64,000 nt of DNA from the human T2T-CHM13v2.0 reference genome, Homo sapiens (GCF_009914755.1 NC_060936.1), one strand, 5' to 3'. Shown: positions 12,510 to 27,799, numbered from the stretch's first letter. Program-made: numbers and translations. Notes: generated from the letters alone by a model not told the origin.

Positions 12510-14909
12510 AAGTTTATTTTCAGTCTCCTTATATCACAGTGCATTCCCTGATGCTCAATGCTTGTCAAATGTGTTCAGTTTATCTGGGGAATTATCCTGT
12601 CCCTATAAGAAACAGAAAAGAGAGTGATTACTGACAGTGATTTATTTGCACCTCATTATTTCTAGGGGTTCAGATAGGGTGTCAAATATGTCTATATCTA
12701 ATCAATAGATATTTTTTTGGCCTTTCTCGGGGGGAGAGGCAGACATTTTGTGTCTTTAGAATATAAGTGACCTTCTTGAGATGTCTATTTTCATAGAGGA
12801 ATGTTCCTAATTTGGTCTTTTGACTTACCCTTATGAATCCATAGGTCTTGCTGTCCCCTCATGACTACAGTTACAAAGGACATTGAATAATATTCCACAG
12901 GCTGCCATATGGATGAATGGGTGGTTGATTAATTAACCAGTGCACCATGTAGGGGCTTTAAAAAATCAGGTACATGTGAAATGTCACAATGTCTGGGAAG
13001 AAAATAAATCTCCATCTACTAATGTCTTCTTGGCTGCAAAAATTATAAGAGGCTTAGTTCTTTATTTTTCTTCATGTAACTGAGTGAGGCCTAATGTGAG
13101 GTAGGAAGGAGAGGTTCACTGGGGCTTTGATTCAGAACAAAGTACCATACTGGTTAATCTGGAGAGAGAAGACATGCCTTCCACACTCATAAAATGGATG
13201 TGAAGATAATGGCTAAATTCAAAAGGCAGTATTGCCATGGAGGCTACAGTCTGGTTTAATAGAAAAGCTACATTTTTCATATAGTTTTTCATGGATATTA
13301 ATAAACCAAATTTCTTTGAACTTTGTCAGCAATAACAGCGATGGAAAGCTGATGCACTAATACAAAACACAGATGGGCATGAGAGAACATCCAGAAAGAG
13401 TATTCCCAGGTTGTGACAAATAAGCATAGATGATGGTTACAAAGAAGTAGAACAACTATTTGGGAAAAATATATTTAGATACACAAGGGACATATAGCAC
13501 CGGGAAGATGATGAGTGGAGATTATGTTCTCCTGGGGAGAGATATATAATTTCCCTTAAAGGTTAGTTCCCCATGGTTGCCAGTACCTAAGGTGCTGAGC
13601 AGCTGTATTTCCCCAGCAAATCCAGTATGCAATTGATACACCAAATCCAGGCCACTGGATAATACAATAATAGTCTGTTTATTTCTTCACTGACATAAGT
13701 ATTTCCTCCTTACAAATATGAGAGAAAAAGATAGAGTCCCTTCCCTGAAAGGCAAACCCAGAACAGATGCCCAACAGAACCCCTTGGCTTCTGTGTAAGA
13801 ATAATGAGAATTTAAAAGACTTGAATCTTTATAGTTTACTTGGTGATTCTTTATATTTTTTCCAGTTAAGACTATTCTCAATCCATATTATATGCACCCA
13901 GTGAAGAATTCATCTACAGGAACCCACAATGATAATCCCCTTTCTTCTGAAATAGCTCAGGGCTCTTGTTCTTTCTTAGTTATATCTGCAGCTAATTTGA
14001 AGCTGATTCGAAGGCATATGAAAAGTTTCATACTTTATTCACCTCCAGGACACCTAAAATAGTGATGAATACTTTTAAGTGCACATACACAAAAAGTATT
14101 TGTTGAATAGCTGATAACTGGTTAAGACAAGATATCCTTGCAGTATTACAAAATGCGTGCTAGTACCAATGCAGTGAATTTAGATAACATATATATTTTA
14201 AAATTATATTTCATTTAAAATTATAGATGTCCTTACCTTACCAGAACCTTCACAATTTTAATAATATACCAATATAGCAATTTGTGGATCATTCATTAGC
14301 ATTTAATATTTTTGGGAGAAAAAGAGTAGCTAAACAGATAAGATAATATCAAGCATAGCTACTAAAATAACTTCAGAATTAGTATGGCCAATGACTAACT
14401 CACAAACTAGTGACACTTATCTCAGTCCCCAGGGAAGAACTAATTCAATTGTAAGTGCACTCTTGAACATTTAGTCTTATTTGATTTGCTTTTTATATTA
14501 CCTCTACAGGTTTTAAAAAATTACTAAACAAAAGATTTTAGAAATTAACTGGAAAAAATGACTTCTCTTTTACTAATCTCTACTGCTGTATAAATCTCAC
14601 TGTTTTAATGCTATAATATATTCATGCAATAAGAGAATAAAGTTGTAGTTTATTCTAACATACCTTTTTTCAGTACCCCCAAACAGTAGCCCTACCCAAG
14701 CTTCATTAAATTAAAAGGATGGATTTTTTTTATATTTACCTGCTATATACAAAAGAAAAAATATGTTGACTATAAAGTAAGTATCTGTTTCCGTTGGTAT
14801 TCCATTTTGCTTTTTCTGTTGGTATTCCATTTTGACTGAACTTTATTGAAGTACCATTTACAAACAATTAAAATGCACACATTTTAGTATACACTTTGAT
14901 GAGTTAACA

Positions 14910-15248
14910 CAGGAGGTCCCCAACCCCTGGGCCACAGACCTGTTCCGGTCCATGTCCTGTTAATAACCGGTTTGCATAGCAGGAGGTGAGCGGTGGTCCA
15001 GCAGGCACTACTGCTGAGCTCTGCCTCCTGTCAGATCAGTGGTGGCATTAGATTCTCATAGATGTACAAACCCTATTTTGAACTGGACATGCAAGGAATC
15101 TAGGTTGCGTGCTTTTTATGAAAATCTAATACCTGATTATCTGAGGTGGAACAGTTTCATCCCAAAACCGTCCTCCCTTCCCCACCATCTGTGGAAAAAT
15201 TATCTTCCAGGAAACTGATCCCTGGTGCCAAAAAGGTTGAGAACTGCG
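14910..15248 (+). mobile_element. MER1B hAT-Charlie MITE, inside a short old L1M 3' fragment
   Basis: cagg..gtccccaacccctgggccacagacc...atccctggtgccaaaaaggttg. Confidence 0.9.
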
Positions 15249-15556
15249 GAGTTCTGAATAAATCTAGTAGCTTTTAAAGCTAAATTCTAAATTACATAAA
15301 TTCAAGAACAATTTTTGCCTATATATTTGTGACATTTATTTAAATATGTAACTGTTTATCAATGTAACTAAAAATCAGATATCATGTACAATATTGGAAA
15401 ATCCACAGGGAACATATGTATTTATTTTGCATACTGTGACTAATCTAATTTTTCATTAGGAATAAAGTTCATTTTTCTTCCATTACTGAAAATTTCTTAG
15501 TTTCTTTTGGTGTGTCATATTTTCCCAATTTTTCATAATCATTATGTCCTTACGTT

Positions 15557-15803
15557 TTTTTCTCCAACTTTTATTTTAGGATTGGGGGTACCTGTATGGG
15601 TTTTTATATTGGTAACTTGTGTGCCACAGGAGTTTTGTGTACAGATTAGTTTGTCACCTAGTAATAAGGGTAGTACCTAACAGGCAGTTTTTCAATCCTC
15701 ATCCTTCTCTTACCCTCCATCCTCGAGTAGGTCCCAGTGTATGTTGTTTTCTTCTTTGCATCCTTGTGTACTCAATGTTTAGCTCCCACTTACAAGTGAA
15801 AAC
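15557..15803 (-). mobile_element. L1PA15/16-like 3' end
   Basis: caacttttattttagg...ttcaatcctc...tttagctcccacttacaagtga. Confidence 0.8.
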
Positions 15804-16093
15804 CCTAAAGATTCTACACACACACACACACAGACACACCACAAACACAAATTTGGTAAAATAGCAGGATACAAAATCAACAGGCAAAAACCAATGGGTT
15901 TCTATACACTAACCATAAACAACACAAAAACTAAATTAAGAAAGTAATTCCATTTACAATAGTATCAAAAGATATTTAAGAACTAACTTCATCAAAGAGG
16001 TAAAAGACATGTGAAATGAAAATTACCAAACATTGCTGAAAGAAACTGAAGAATGTACAAATAAATAAAAAACTCATCATATCCATTTTAAGG
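15798..16093 (+). mobile_element. L1M (L1MB-like) ORF2 fragment
   Basis: gaaaaccctaaagattc...gcaggatacaaaatcaac...ttccatttacaatag...aaacattgctgaaagaaa. Confidence 0.7.
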
Positions 16094-16524
16094 TATGTCC
16101 TAGGTTATTCTTATTTCTACACTGAATATTATTAATTTCATTGTATTTCTAGCTGAAATTATACATAGTTTTGTAAATATCATATGCAAGATTTTTGTAA
16201 ATTATTTCATGGCAAGAATTTTGTTATCTACATCATTATTTTCATTTTAGTATCATTACAGGCCTATCATGTAATTCAATGGAAAGTGAATAAGTGTTTC
16301 TTTTCAAACTTTATTGATCATAGCATTGATAAGTAATATCACTGCAGGGTTTTAGCTAGTGGAATTGAGAAGAGAAATAGAAAGGTCATTTCTTCTATAG
16401 GTTGTCCACACATACATCTTTTCAAAAGAATTTTATGCCACCTGGTGAAAAGGATTTCACTATAACATTGCATAAGCATAATAAGAAGTATTTGATGATT
16501 TTTTAAAATTATTTTTATGGTAGA

Positions 16525-17089
16525 TGGCTGCAGGTTTAGAGAAACCAGGGTTCCCAAGACTACCTTCATTTTTGACACCAATTGCAAGTTCAGGGGTACT
16601 ACAAAACCCAAGGTTCAATAATTTGCTAGAAGGACTCACAGAACTATTATACTCACAGTTTATTTAAGGTAAAAGACACATATTAAAATTGGCCAAGGGC
16701 AGGGATGTATGGGGCAAAGTTCAAAAAAGTTCCAAATGTGGAGCTTCCAGCGTCATGAACATTTCTTATATTCCTGGCATCAATATGTGCACAGAGGATT
16801 TTCAACCAGGAAATTGCATCCAAGTCTCCATGTCCAGAGTCTTTCCTGAGGGTCAATCATGTAAACCTGGTTGGCTGGCCACCTGGCTGACTTCAGTCTC
16901 TAATACCTTTGGAAGTTAAGCTTGTACCATGAGACCTAAAGCCCCAACTACAAATCACATTGTTATTATCTGACTGGCTTAAGGCTCCCTATAAATGAAG
17001 ACATTTGCTCAGAGCATAGAGATTGCCTCCCCAGAGACAAGGGCAAAGGCCAGAACTCTCTTTGGCTGATGTTAAATTCTTTATTACAT
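16525..17089 (-). mobile_element. MER21-like ERVL LTR
   Basis: ataatttgctagaaggactcacagaact...agggcaaaggccagaactctctttgg...gttaaattcttta. Confidence 0.75.
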
Positions 17090-18800
17090 AGAGCACATAA
17101 TCATAATAGAGCTTTGTTTTTAGTGCTCATTGGACATTACTTTTGTTGCCACATAATATGATATTGTGCCACACAAGCTGATGGTAAAGCAGATTTATTT
17201 TTTCTTGTATACACAGTAAAAATTTGATTATTGTACATTGGTTATTTGAAGGTTTAAGAACATTTTTTTTTGAATTAAGAATACCTTATACTGCCAAAGA
17301 AATAGTGGTTGAAGAAGTAAGAATCAATTCATCGAAGTTATAATGGCAATAGGTTATAAACCTCAAATAAAAGAAGGTAGAGGGAATCTTTCAATGGGTG
17401 TTAACAGGATCTAGCCAACTTATTTTTTAATATTCTCTAAAGGGGAAAATGCTAAAAATTATTTCTGGCACTTATTTCAATATTTAACTATGCTCAATTG
17501 ATATTCTCTATTTTTAAGTACAGCAGCTACCTGTAAAGAATATTATTCCCATTCAAACTTTAAGGAGAAACTAACAAATTTCTTATTAAGGGCTATATAA
17601 TACTAAATGATATTATCATACATCCCTCAAACTCCTTGAAATCAATTTAAAATTCCCAACTTTTAACTCTTCCTGTTCAAGATAGATAATTTATAGCAAA
17701 CTTGTAGCTTGAAAAATCTATTGTTTCATTGTTTCTCAAAGCAAATATTCTTGTTCAAAAAATAAGTGGCTTTGATCTGTAACAGCGAAAAGATGTTTTA
17801 AATCACTACATGTCTTTTGTCTAATTATTAGCATTTTGGATTTAACTTGCTAATTTCCTAGAGGAAATTTAATTAATACAGGAGGTAATCTGTAATAAGT
17901 AATATGGCTAAAATTAGATTACATTAATTTTATCTTATGCTGTTCTAAGGCACTAACTAAATTCACATCTAAACTCAGTTTTTATAACAAATTACTTTTT
18001 ATTTTCTGTTACTCTTGTGGAAACCTTTGTACTCTGACTTTTCAACACATTTCTCTGTCCTAATGTTATTAGTTTTGGACAGCCTGAACTACTGAAAATA
18101 TCTGTTAGTGTGCATAGCCATGTATACTGTATTACTCACCATTAAAAATATTTTAATGTTCTTGTGCAGTTATAAGGTAACTGTATACTAAGTGTAGAAG
18201 CATGTGGATTCACATTTCTATCACAGACATTTTGTGAACCTAATTAATTTGGGAATCTATTAGCTTTACCCTAGGGTAATTAATTATGCAAACAAGAAGG
18301 TACACAGAAACACTGGTATCACTATGAGTCTTAAGTTGCAGACTTATCTGGACACATATATTAAGCTCCTTTTTTCTAAATATGATCAACCATTTAGAGA
18401 AACGTAAGGTTTAGGCTGAGTCTATATGGAAACTATAGGAGGTTTTAGATGAAGAATTAATAGGCACATAATCAGTGAAAATGCCTTCCAGACATTCTTT
18501 CAGTGAGATTTCTATAATGCACACTGGTAAAGCAAATTCTGAAGCAGTTCAAACATAGCCAGGCACAAGGAATCATGTCAGTCATCTCCAAATATATAAG
18601 GAATGTTTCTCTCATTAATTTGTGTTCCAAAGAAAAGAATGGAAGATTAACAAGGGGCCTAATTCCTTGTTCATGATTGAGGATGTTTCCGTTGTATCTG
18701 GGAGTAACTTCTTATATAATAGATGAGTGTAAACTAGAGCTCAGTGGTTTGAATTTGAAACTCATTCCTGATTTTTAACTTTGTAATATTGGTACATGCA

Positions 18801-19196
18801 TGTGTTAGGCTGTTTTTGAGTTGCTAAAAATGAACACCTGAAACTGGATGATTTATATAGAAGAAAGTTTTAATTCATTCTTCAGGCTGTACAGGAAGTG
18901 TCGTGCCAGCATCTGATTCTAGTGAGAGCCTCAAGAAGCTTACAGTCATGGCAGAAGGCAAAGGGGGAGCAGGTACGTCACATGACGATAGCAGGAGCAA
19001 GAGAGAGAGAAGGAGTTGCTGCACTCTTAAGCCACCAGATTTCACCTGTACTCACAGTGAGGACACACCATTACCATGGGGAGGGCACCACACCATTAAT
19101 GAGGGAGCTGCCCTCATGACCCAAACACCTCTCACCTCCAACATTGGGGATTACATTTCAACATATTTGGAGGGAAAAATATTCAAACCATATTAA
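18801..19196 (-). mobile_element. MSTB-like MaLR LTR
   Basis: caggctgtacaggaagtg..gccagcatctg...catgacccaaacacctc...attcaaaccatat. Confidence 0.85.
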
Positions 19197-19410
19197 TATC
19201 TTAATCTGCTCAGGCTGCTATAACAAAATATCATTAACTACATAGTTTATAAATACTAGATATTATTTCTTACAGTTTTGGAGACTGGGAATTCCAAGAC
19301 TAAGACACATTTGTCTTCTCAGTGTAATATCACATGGTAGAAGTGGCTACCTAGCTCTCTGCAATCTCTTTTATAAGGGCACAAATCTCAATCATGAGGG
19401 CCATGCCATT
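19197..19410 (-). mobile_element. MLT1A-like LTR fragment abutting the MSTB
   Basis: ctcaggctgctataacaaaata...ctcttttataagggcacaaatctcaatcatgaggg. Confidence 0.7.
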
Positions 19411-19980
19411 TTGTTCTGAAGCACAAAACTTTAAAACATAGCAGTACGCTGTTTAACAGATCCAGGTTTCAGGTCCATAACATATAAAATTTGAATAATT
19501 ATAGTAACATGCCGTATAGATAGTTGTGGTAAAATTTAAGCCAGTTAAAGCATGCAATGCTATTGCAACAATGCCTGAAAAAGAGTAACATGGAAAATGT
19601 CCAATGGTCTTCAGCTGTTGTTGTTGCTACTGGGATTCATCTCTATGTGGTTTTCATCTAAATTAGTGTTTCCTAAATAATATAGAGATAATGAAACTCA
19701 AATATGTGATCAGACTTATTAACTTCCAACCTTGGCAAGAAAGTAAAGTCATGTCTGGTTTTATTGCACTTTATTGAGCTTTGGAGATTTTTAACATTTA
19801 CTACAAATTGAAGGTTTGTGGAAGCACTGCCTGGAGCCAGTCTATTGACACAACTTTCCAACAGCATGTGCTCACTTTGTGTCTCAGTGCCACACTTTGG
19901 TAATTCTTACAATATTGCAAACATTTTTCATTACTGCTATACCTGTTATAGTGACCTGTAATCACTAATCATAGACATTA

Positions 19981-21241
<1,261 letters not shown>

Positions 21242-21420
21242 TAACTGTTTTGAGGCACCATGAAACATGCCCATATAAGACAGTAAATTTAATCAATAAA
21301 TGTTGTGTGTGTTCTAACTGCTCCACAACAAGCCATGACCCCATCTCTTTCACATACTTTGGTTTTCCCCTTTCCCTGAGACACAGCAATATTGAAATTA
21401 GGCCAGTTATTAACCCTTCA

Positions 21421-22970
21421 ATGGCCTCTACCTGGTGAAGTAAAAGAAGGAGTCACACATCTCTCACTTTAAATCAAAAGCTAGAAATTATTAAGCTTAA
21501 TGAGAAAGACATGTCAAAATCCTAGAAAGGCTGAAAGCAATATCTCTTGCACCAATCAGCCAACTGGTGAATGCAAAATTCTTGAAAGAAATTAAAAGTG
21601 CTACTTCAGTGAACGCACAAATGATAAGAAAGAAAAAACAGGCTTATTGCTGAGATCAAGGAAGTTTTAGGGGTCTGAATAGAAGATCAAACCAGCCACA
21701 ACATCCCCTTAAGCCAAAGCCTAACTCAGAACAAGGCCCTAACTCTTTCCAATTCTAGAGGACTGGGAGAGGTGAAGAAGTTGAAGAAAAGTTTGAAGGC
21801 AGCTGGAGTTGGTTCATGAGGTTTAAGAAAAGAAGCCGTCTCCATAACTTAAAAGTGCAAGGTGAAGCAGCACATGCTGATGTGGAAGCTATAGCAAGTT
21901 ATTCAGAATATTTAGCTAAAATGGTTACAATAAAAAACAGACTTTTAATGTAGATGAAACAGCCTTCTATTGGAAGAAAATACCATCTAGAATTCTCAAA
22001 TAAAGAGGAAAAGTCAATACCTGGTTTTATAGCTTCAAAAGACAGGCTGGCTCTCTTGTTAGGAACCAATGCAGCTAGTGACTTTAAGTTGAAGCCAGTA
22101 TTCATTTACCATTCCAGAAATGCTAAGGCCCCTAAGAATGATGCTAAATCCACTCTGTCTGTGCTTTATAAATGGAAAAACAAAGCCTAGATGAAAGCAC
22201 ATCTGTTTACGGAATGGTTTAGCGAATATTTTAAGCCTACTGTTGAGACCTACCTGCTGAGAATAAAGAAAAAAGATTCCTTTCAAAAGAGTACTGCTTA
22301 TTGACAATGTATCTGGTTACTGAAGAACAGTGATGGAGATTTACAAGGAGATTAATGTTGTTTTCATTCCTGCTAACAGAATATTTATTCTCCAGCCCAT
22401 GAATCAAGGAGTAATTTCTTACTTTCAAGTCTTATTATTTAAGAAATACATTTTAAAAACTGTAGTTGCCAGAGATAGTGATTCCTCTCAATGGATGTGG
22501 GCAAAGTAAATCAAAAACCACATGGAAGGAATTCCCATTGTAGATTCCATTAAGAACATTCGTATTTCATGAGAGGAGATAAAAATATCAACATTAACAG
22601 GAGTTTGGAAGAAGTTTATTTCAACTCTCATGGATGACTTTGAGGGATTCCAGACCTCAGTGGAGGAAGTAACATTAGAAGGTGATGGGAGTAGGAAGGA
22701 AACAAATTAGAAGTAGTCTAAAGCTAAAGATGTGACAAGGTTGCTACAATCTCATGATTAAACCTTAATGAATGAGGAGTTGCTTCTAACAATGAGCAAA
22801 GAAAATAGTTTCTTGACATGGAAACTACTCATAATAAAAATGCTATGAACATTGTTGAAATGAAAACAAAAGACTTAGAACATTACAAAAACTTAGTTTA
22901 TAAAGCAGTGATAGAGTTTGAGAGGATTGATTCCAATGTTTGAAAGAAGTTCTGTTGTGGGTAAAATGCT
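21421..22970 (+). pseudogene. Decayed Tigger1 (pogo/CENP-B-like DDE) transposase
   Basis: ORF 21954-22190 EEKSIPGFIASKDRLALLLGTNAASDFKLKP matches the Tigger1 DDE region; many stops and frameshifts. Confidence 0.85.
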
Positions 22971-22984
22971 GTGGGTAAAATAAA

Positions 22985-25802
22985 AAAGATGGCTGTAGGT
23001 GTGTTGCATTATACCTGGGCTCTCTATTCTGTTTCATTGGTCTATGTGTCTGCTTTTGTACCAGTACTAAGAGGTTTTGGTTATTGTAGCCTTGTGGTAT
23101 AGTTTGCAGTCAAGTAATGTGATGCCTCCAGCTTTGTTATTTGATGTTATTTTGATGCTTAGGATTGCCTTGGCTATTCAGGCTTTTTTTTGGTTCCACA
23201 TGAGTTTTAAAATAGTTTATTTTTTAATTCTGTGAAGAATGTTACTAGTATTTGGATAGGAATAGCATTGAATCTATCAAATGCCTTCCAGCTATTCCTA
23301 TCAAACTATCAGTCATTTTAACAATATTGATTCTTCCTATCTATGAGCATGGGATGTTTTTCCATGCTCACCTATTCATCAGCATTAAATGTTTTTCCAT
23401 GCTCATGGATAGGAAGAATAAATATTGATTTGTTATCAATCAGCTTTAAAATGTTTACATCATCTCTGATTTCTTTGAACAGTGTTTTGTAATTCTCATT
23501 ATAGAGATCTTTCACCTTCCAGGTCAGTTGTATTCCTATGGATTTTATTCTTTTTGTGACTATTGTGAATGTGATTGTATTCTTGATTTGGCTCTCAGCT
23601 TGGATGTTGTTGGCATATAAGCATGCTACTAACTTTTTTACAGTAATTTTGTTTCCTGAAATCTTACAAAATTTCTATATCAGATCAAGGAGCTTTTGGG
23701 GAGAGACTATGGGGTTTTCTTGATATAGAGTCATATTGTCTGCAGACAAGGATATTTAAAGTTCCCCTCTTCCTATTTCTGTGCTTTTTATTTCTTCCTC
23801 TTGCCTGATTGCTCTGGCTAGGACTCCCAGTACTATATTGAACAGCAGTAGTGAGAGAGGGCATCCTTTTCTTATTCTGATTTTCAAGGGGAATGTTTCC
23901 AGCTTTTGCCCATTCAGTATGAGGTTTAGTGTGGGCTTTCCTAGATGGTTCTCATTATTTTGAAGTATATTCTTTTAATGCCTAGTTTTTTGAGAGTTTT
24001 TAACATAAAGGGATGTTGAATTTTATCAAAAGCCTTTTCTGTATCTGTTGAGACAATCATGTCATTTTTATTTTTTGTTCTGTTTGTGATGAATCACATT
24101 TATTGATTTGCATATGTTGATCCAACCTTGCATGCCAGAAATACAGCCTAATTGATTGTGGTGGATTCACTTTTTGATGTGCTAAATTCAGTTTGCTAGT
24201 ATTTCGTTGAGGATTTTGGCATCGTGTTCATCAAGGATATTGGCCTGACATTTTCTTTTTTTGTGGTGTCTGTGGCAGATTTTGGAATCAAAATGAAGCT
24301 GGTCTCATAGAATTAGTTAGTGTGGAGTCCCTCCTCTTTTTTTTTTTTTTTTTGTGGGGGGATAGTTTCGGTTGAAATGGCGCACTCTCTTCTTTATACA
24401 TCTGGTAGAATTGTAGTCCCTGGGGTTTTTTTTTTGTTTGTTTGTTTGTATTTCTGTGGAGTCAGTGGTAATGTCCCCTTTGTCATTTCTGATTATGTTT
24501 ATTTGGTTCTTCTCTTTGACAAAGTTGACACAAATAAGAAATAGGGAAGAACTTCTTAATAAATGATGCGGGAATAACTGGATAGCTATATGCAGAGTAT
24601 TAAAACTGGGCCCTTTCCTTACACCATGTACAAAAATCAACAAAAGTTGGATTGAAGTCTTAATTGTAAAACCTAAAACTATAAAATCCTTGGAAGATAG
24701 CTTTGGAAATACCACTCTGGAAACAGAAACTGGCAAAGTTCATTATAATGATGAAGGCACCAAAAGCAATTGTAACAAAAGCAAAAATTGACAATAGGAC
24801 CTAATTAAACTAAAGAGCTTCTGCACAGAAGAAGAAACTATCAACAGTGTAAACAGAAAACCTACACAATGGGAGAAAATACTTGCATATTGTGAATCTG
24901 ACAAAGGTCTGATAACTGGAATCTAAAAGGAACTTAAATTTACAAGCAAAAAACAACAAAAATACTTTAAAGAGTGGGCAATGGACATCAATAGACACCA
25001 TTCAAAAGACACACACACAGGCAGGGAGCATACGAAAAAATGCTCAACATGAGTAATCATTAGATAAATGCAAACAAAAACCACAATAAGATTCCCTGTC
25101 ACACCAGTCAGAATGGCTATTATTAAAGTCAAAAAATAATAGATACTGGCAAGGTTGTGGATAGAAGGGAACACTAACATACTGATGTTGGGGATGTAAA
25201 TTACGTTCAGCCATTGTTAAAATCTGTTTCACAATTTCTGAAAGAACTTAAAACAGAATTACCACTTGATCTGGCAATCTCATTATTGGGTATATACCCA
25301 AAGGAATATAAATGGTTCTACCATAAAGACACATGCACTTGTGTGTTCAATGTAGTACTATTCACATTAGCAAAGACTTGGAATCAACCTAAATGGCCAT
25401 CCATAGTAGACTTGATAAAGTAAATGTGGTACATTTATACCATGGAATACTATGCAACCATGAAAAAGAATGAAAGGATGCCCTTTGCAGCAACATGGAT
25501 AGAGCTGAAAGCCATTATCCTAAGCAAACTCACACAGGAGAAGAAAACCAAATACCACGTGTTCTCACTTATAAGTGGGAACTAAATATCGATTACATAT
25601 GGTTACAAAGAAGGAAACAAAGGACACCAAGGACCTACTTGAAAGTGAAGAGGGGGAGGAGGGTGATGCTTGAAAAGCTACCTATTGGTTACAGTGCTTA
25701 TTACCTGGGTGATGAAATAATCTGTACACTAAACCCCCACGATATGCAATTTACCTATATAACAAACCTGAACGTGTACCTCTGAACCTAAAATAAAAGT
25801 TT
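22985..25802 (+). mobile_element. 5'-inverted L1PA15/16-like element: minus-strand ORF2 22985-24515, plus-strand 3' part 24513-25802
   Basis: 3' end ...ttacctgggtgatgaaataatctgtacac...aacctaaaataaaagtt; strand switch at tctctttgac. Confidence 0.85.
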
Positions 25803-26544
25803 TTTAAATGTTATCAAATAACGTCATATGTTGCAGAGAAATCTTGTATGACAAGATAAGTCAATCAATGTGACAACCTTCAGTGTTGTCAGATTTTAAG
25901 AAATTGCCATAGCCACCCCAACCTTCAGCAATCATCCCCCTGATAGTCAACACACATCAACATCTAGGCAAGATACTCCACCAGCAAAATGTTTATGACT
26001 TGTTGAATGCTCAAATGATTCTTAGCATTTTTTAACAATAAAGTATTTTAATTAATGAGTGTGCATTGTTTTTGGAGACATTGCTATTGCATACTTTATA
26101 AACTATAGTATAGTGTAATATAACTTTTCACACACAGGGAAACCAATGAATTTGTGTGACTTGCTTTTTGCAATATTAGTTTTATTGCCGTGGTCCGGAC
26201 CCACAGTATTTCTGAGGTTTGCCTGTCTACCATACTGTAGAGATTGAACCGCTTTTCAAAGGTGTTAAGACTATTTTATCCCTAATATCCTCCATTTCTG
26301 GTTTGCTTTCCATTCTCATACATTATTATGACACTAAATTACAAATAGTTTTATCGAAGTCCAAAACTCTAGTTTACAAGCAAATAAATAAAGAAGAAAA
26401 AAATGATTACTTCCTATTCCCATGCTTTGTATGATCCAGGTCAAATTATTTAGGCTTCCTTAGTCTTATTTTTAAAAGTCATATATAAATAATGCTTCCA
26501 CTCTTGTAAATTCCTGTCTTGTAAATGTCATCTTGAGGTGACAT

Positions 26545-26710
26545 GCATTATCTCATCTCAACAGTGGGATTGACATTCATCATATTAACAATAACTCTAT
26601 AAGGTGGTAGTTTTATTCACAATTTACAAATGGGAAAATTTAGGCCTAGTGAGGTTAGATAATTTTCCCAAGATTATACAAATAGAAATGGTGGAGTCCA
26701 GCTGAGGGTT
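26545..26710 (-). mobile_element. MIR
   Basis: tttacaaatgggaaaatttaggcctagtgaggttagataattttcccaag. Confidence 0.7.
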
Positions 26711-26904
26711 CCTTTCCTTCCCTCAGCAGGCAAATTCATAGCAGGCAAATTTACACACCTGTAATTAAGATTTTTAACTGTAGCTGCTACCATTTTTTAC
26801 ATACAGGGTAATACAAAATATGAGCCAAATTATTACTGGATGCTACACAGGATGAAAATTATGTCAGATATTATATTGAAAATTTAAATAGTGTTTCTAC
26901 TCTG

Positions 26905-27201
26905 AGGTGGACATGCTGTGAGGAAGCCCATACTATTCCACCTATGGAGACCTCATGGTAGTGTCTTAATGCTGCACAGAGGGAAAGAGAGTGACGTCCA
27001 GCCAGATACTGGGTGCTTTAGTCCTCAGTTGTCTTGTGTTAGGTAACAGCTGGTTACAATCATAAAAACCCAAAATACAATCACCCAACCAAACTCTTCT
27101 CATATTCCTGATCCACAAAAATTATAAGAGATAATAAAACATTTGTTATTAAGCTAGTAAGTTTGATGGTGGTTTGTTCCAAAGAAACAGATAACGGGAA
27201 T
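26905..27201 (+). mobile_element. MLT1G/H-like LTR fragment
   Basis: catgctgtgaggaagccca...attcctgatccacaaaaattataagagataataaa. Confidence 0.6.
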
Positions 27202-27799
27202 GTCATTTTTGCCTGGACATAATATAATTTATGACCTATTTGTAATAATCCACAATTGTATCACTTTGGGCTGTTATAAAAAAATTACCATAGACTGGAT
27301 GGTTTAAAAACAACAGAAATATATTTCTTATGGTTTGGGAAGCTGGAAGCAAGGACAGGGTGCCTGCATAGTCAGGTTATGGTGAAAACCCTCTTCTACA
27401 GGACAGACTTCTAGCTGTGTCTTTGCATGGCAGAAAGAGGGCAACAAAGTCCTTTGGAGTTTCTTTCATAAGGACACTAATCTCATTCATGAGAGTTTCA
27501 TTTGCATGATTAATGACCTCCCAAAGGCTGAGCTCCTAATACTGTCACATTGAGGGTTCAAAATTCAACATATAAATTTTGAGAGGGCACTTTTTTTTAT
27601 TATTATACTTTAAGTTTTAGGGTACATGTGCACAGTGTGCAGGTTAGTTACATATGTATACATGTGCCATGCTGGTGTGCTGCACCAATTAACTCATCAT
27701 TTAGCATTAGGTATATCTCCTAATGCTATCCCTTCCCCCTCCCCCCATGCCACAACAGTCCCCAGAGTGTGATGTTCCCCTTCCTGTGTCCATGTGTTC

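Noticed and set aside
12950-13800. Possible ancient CR1/ERV remnant or processed pseudogene
   Set aside because: Only vague similarity; no frame or motif I can support.
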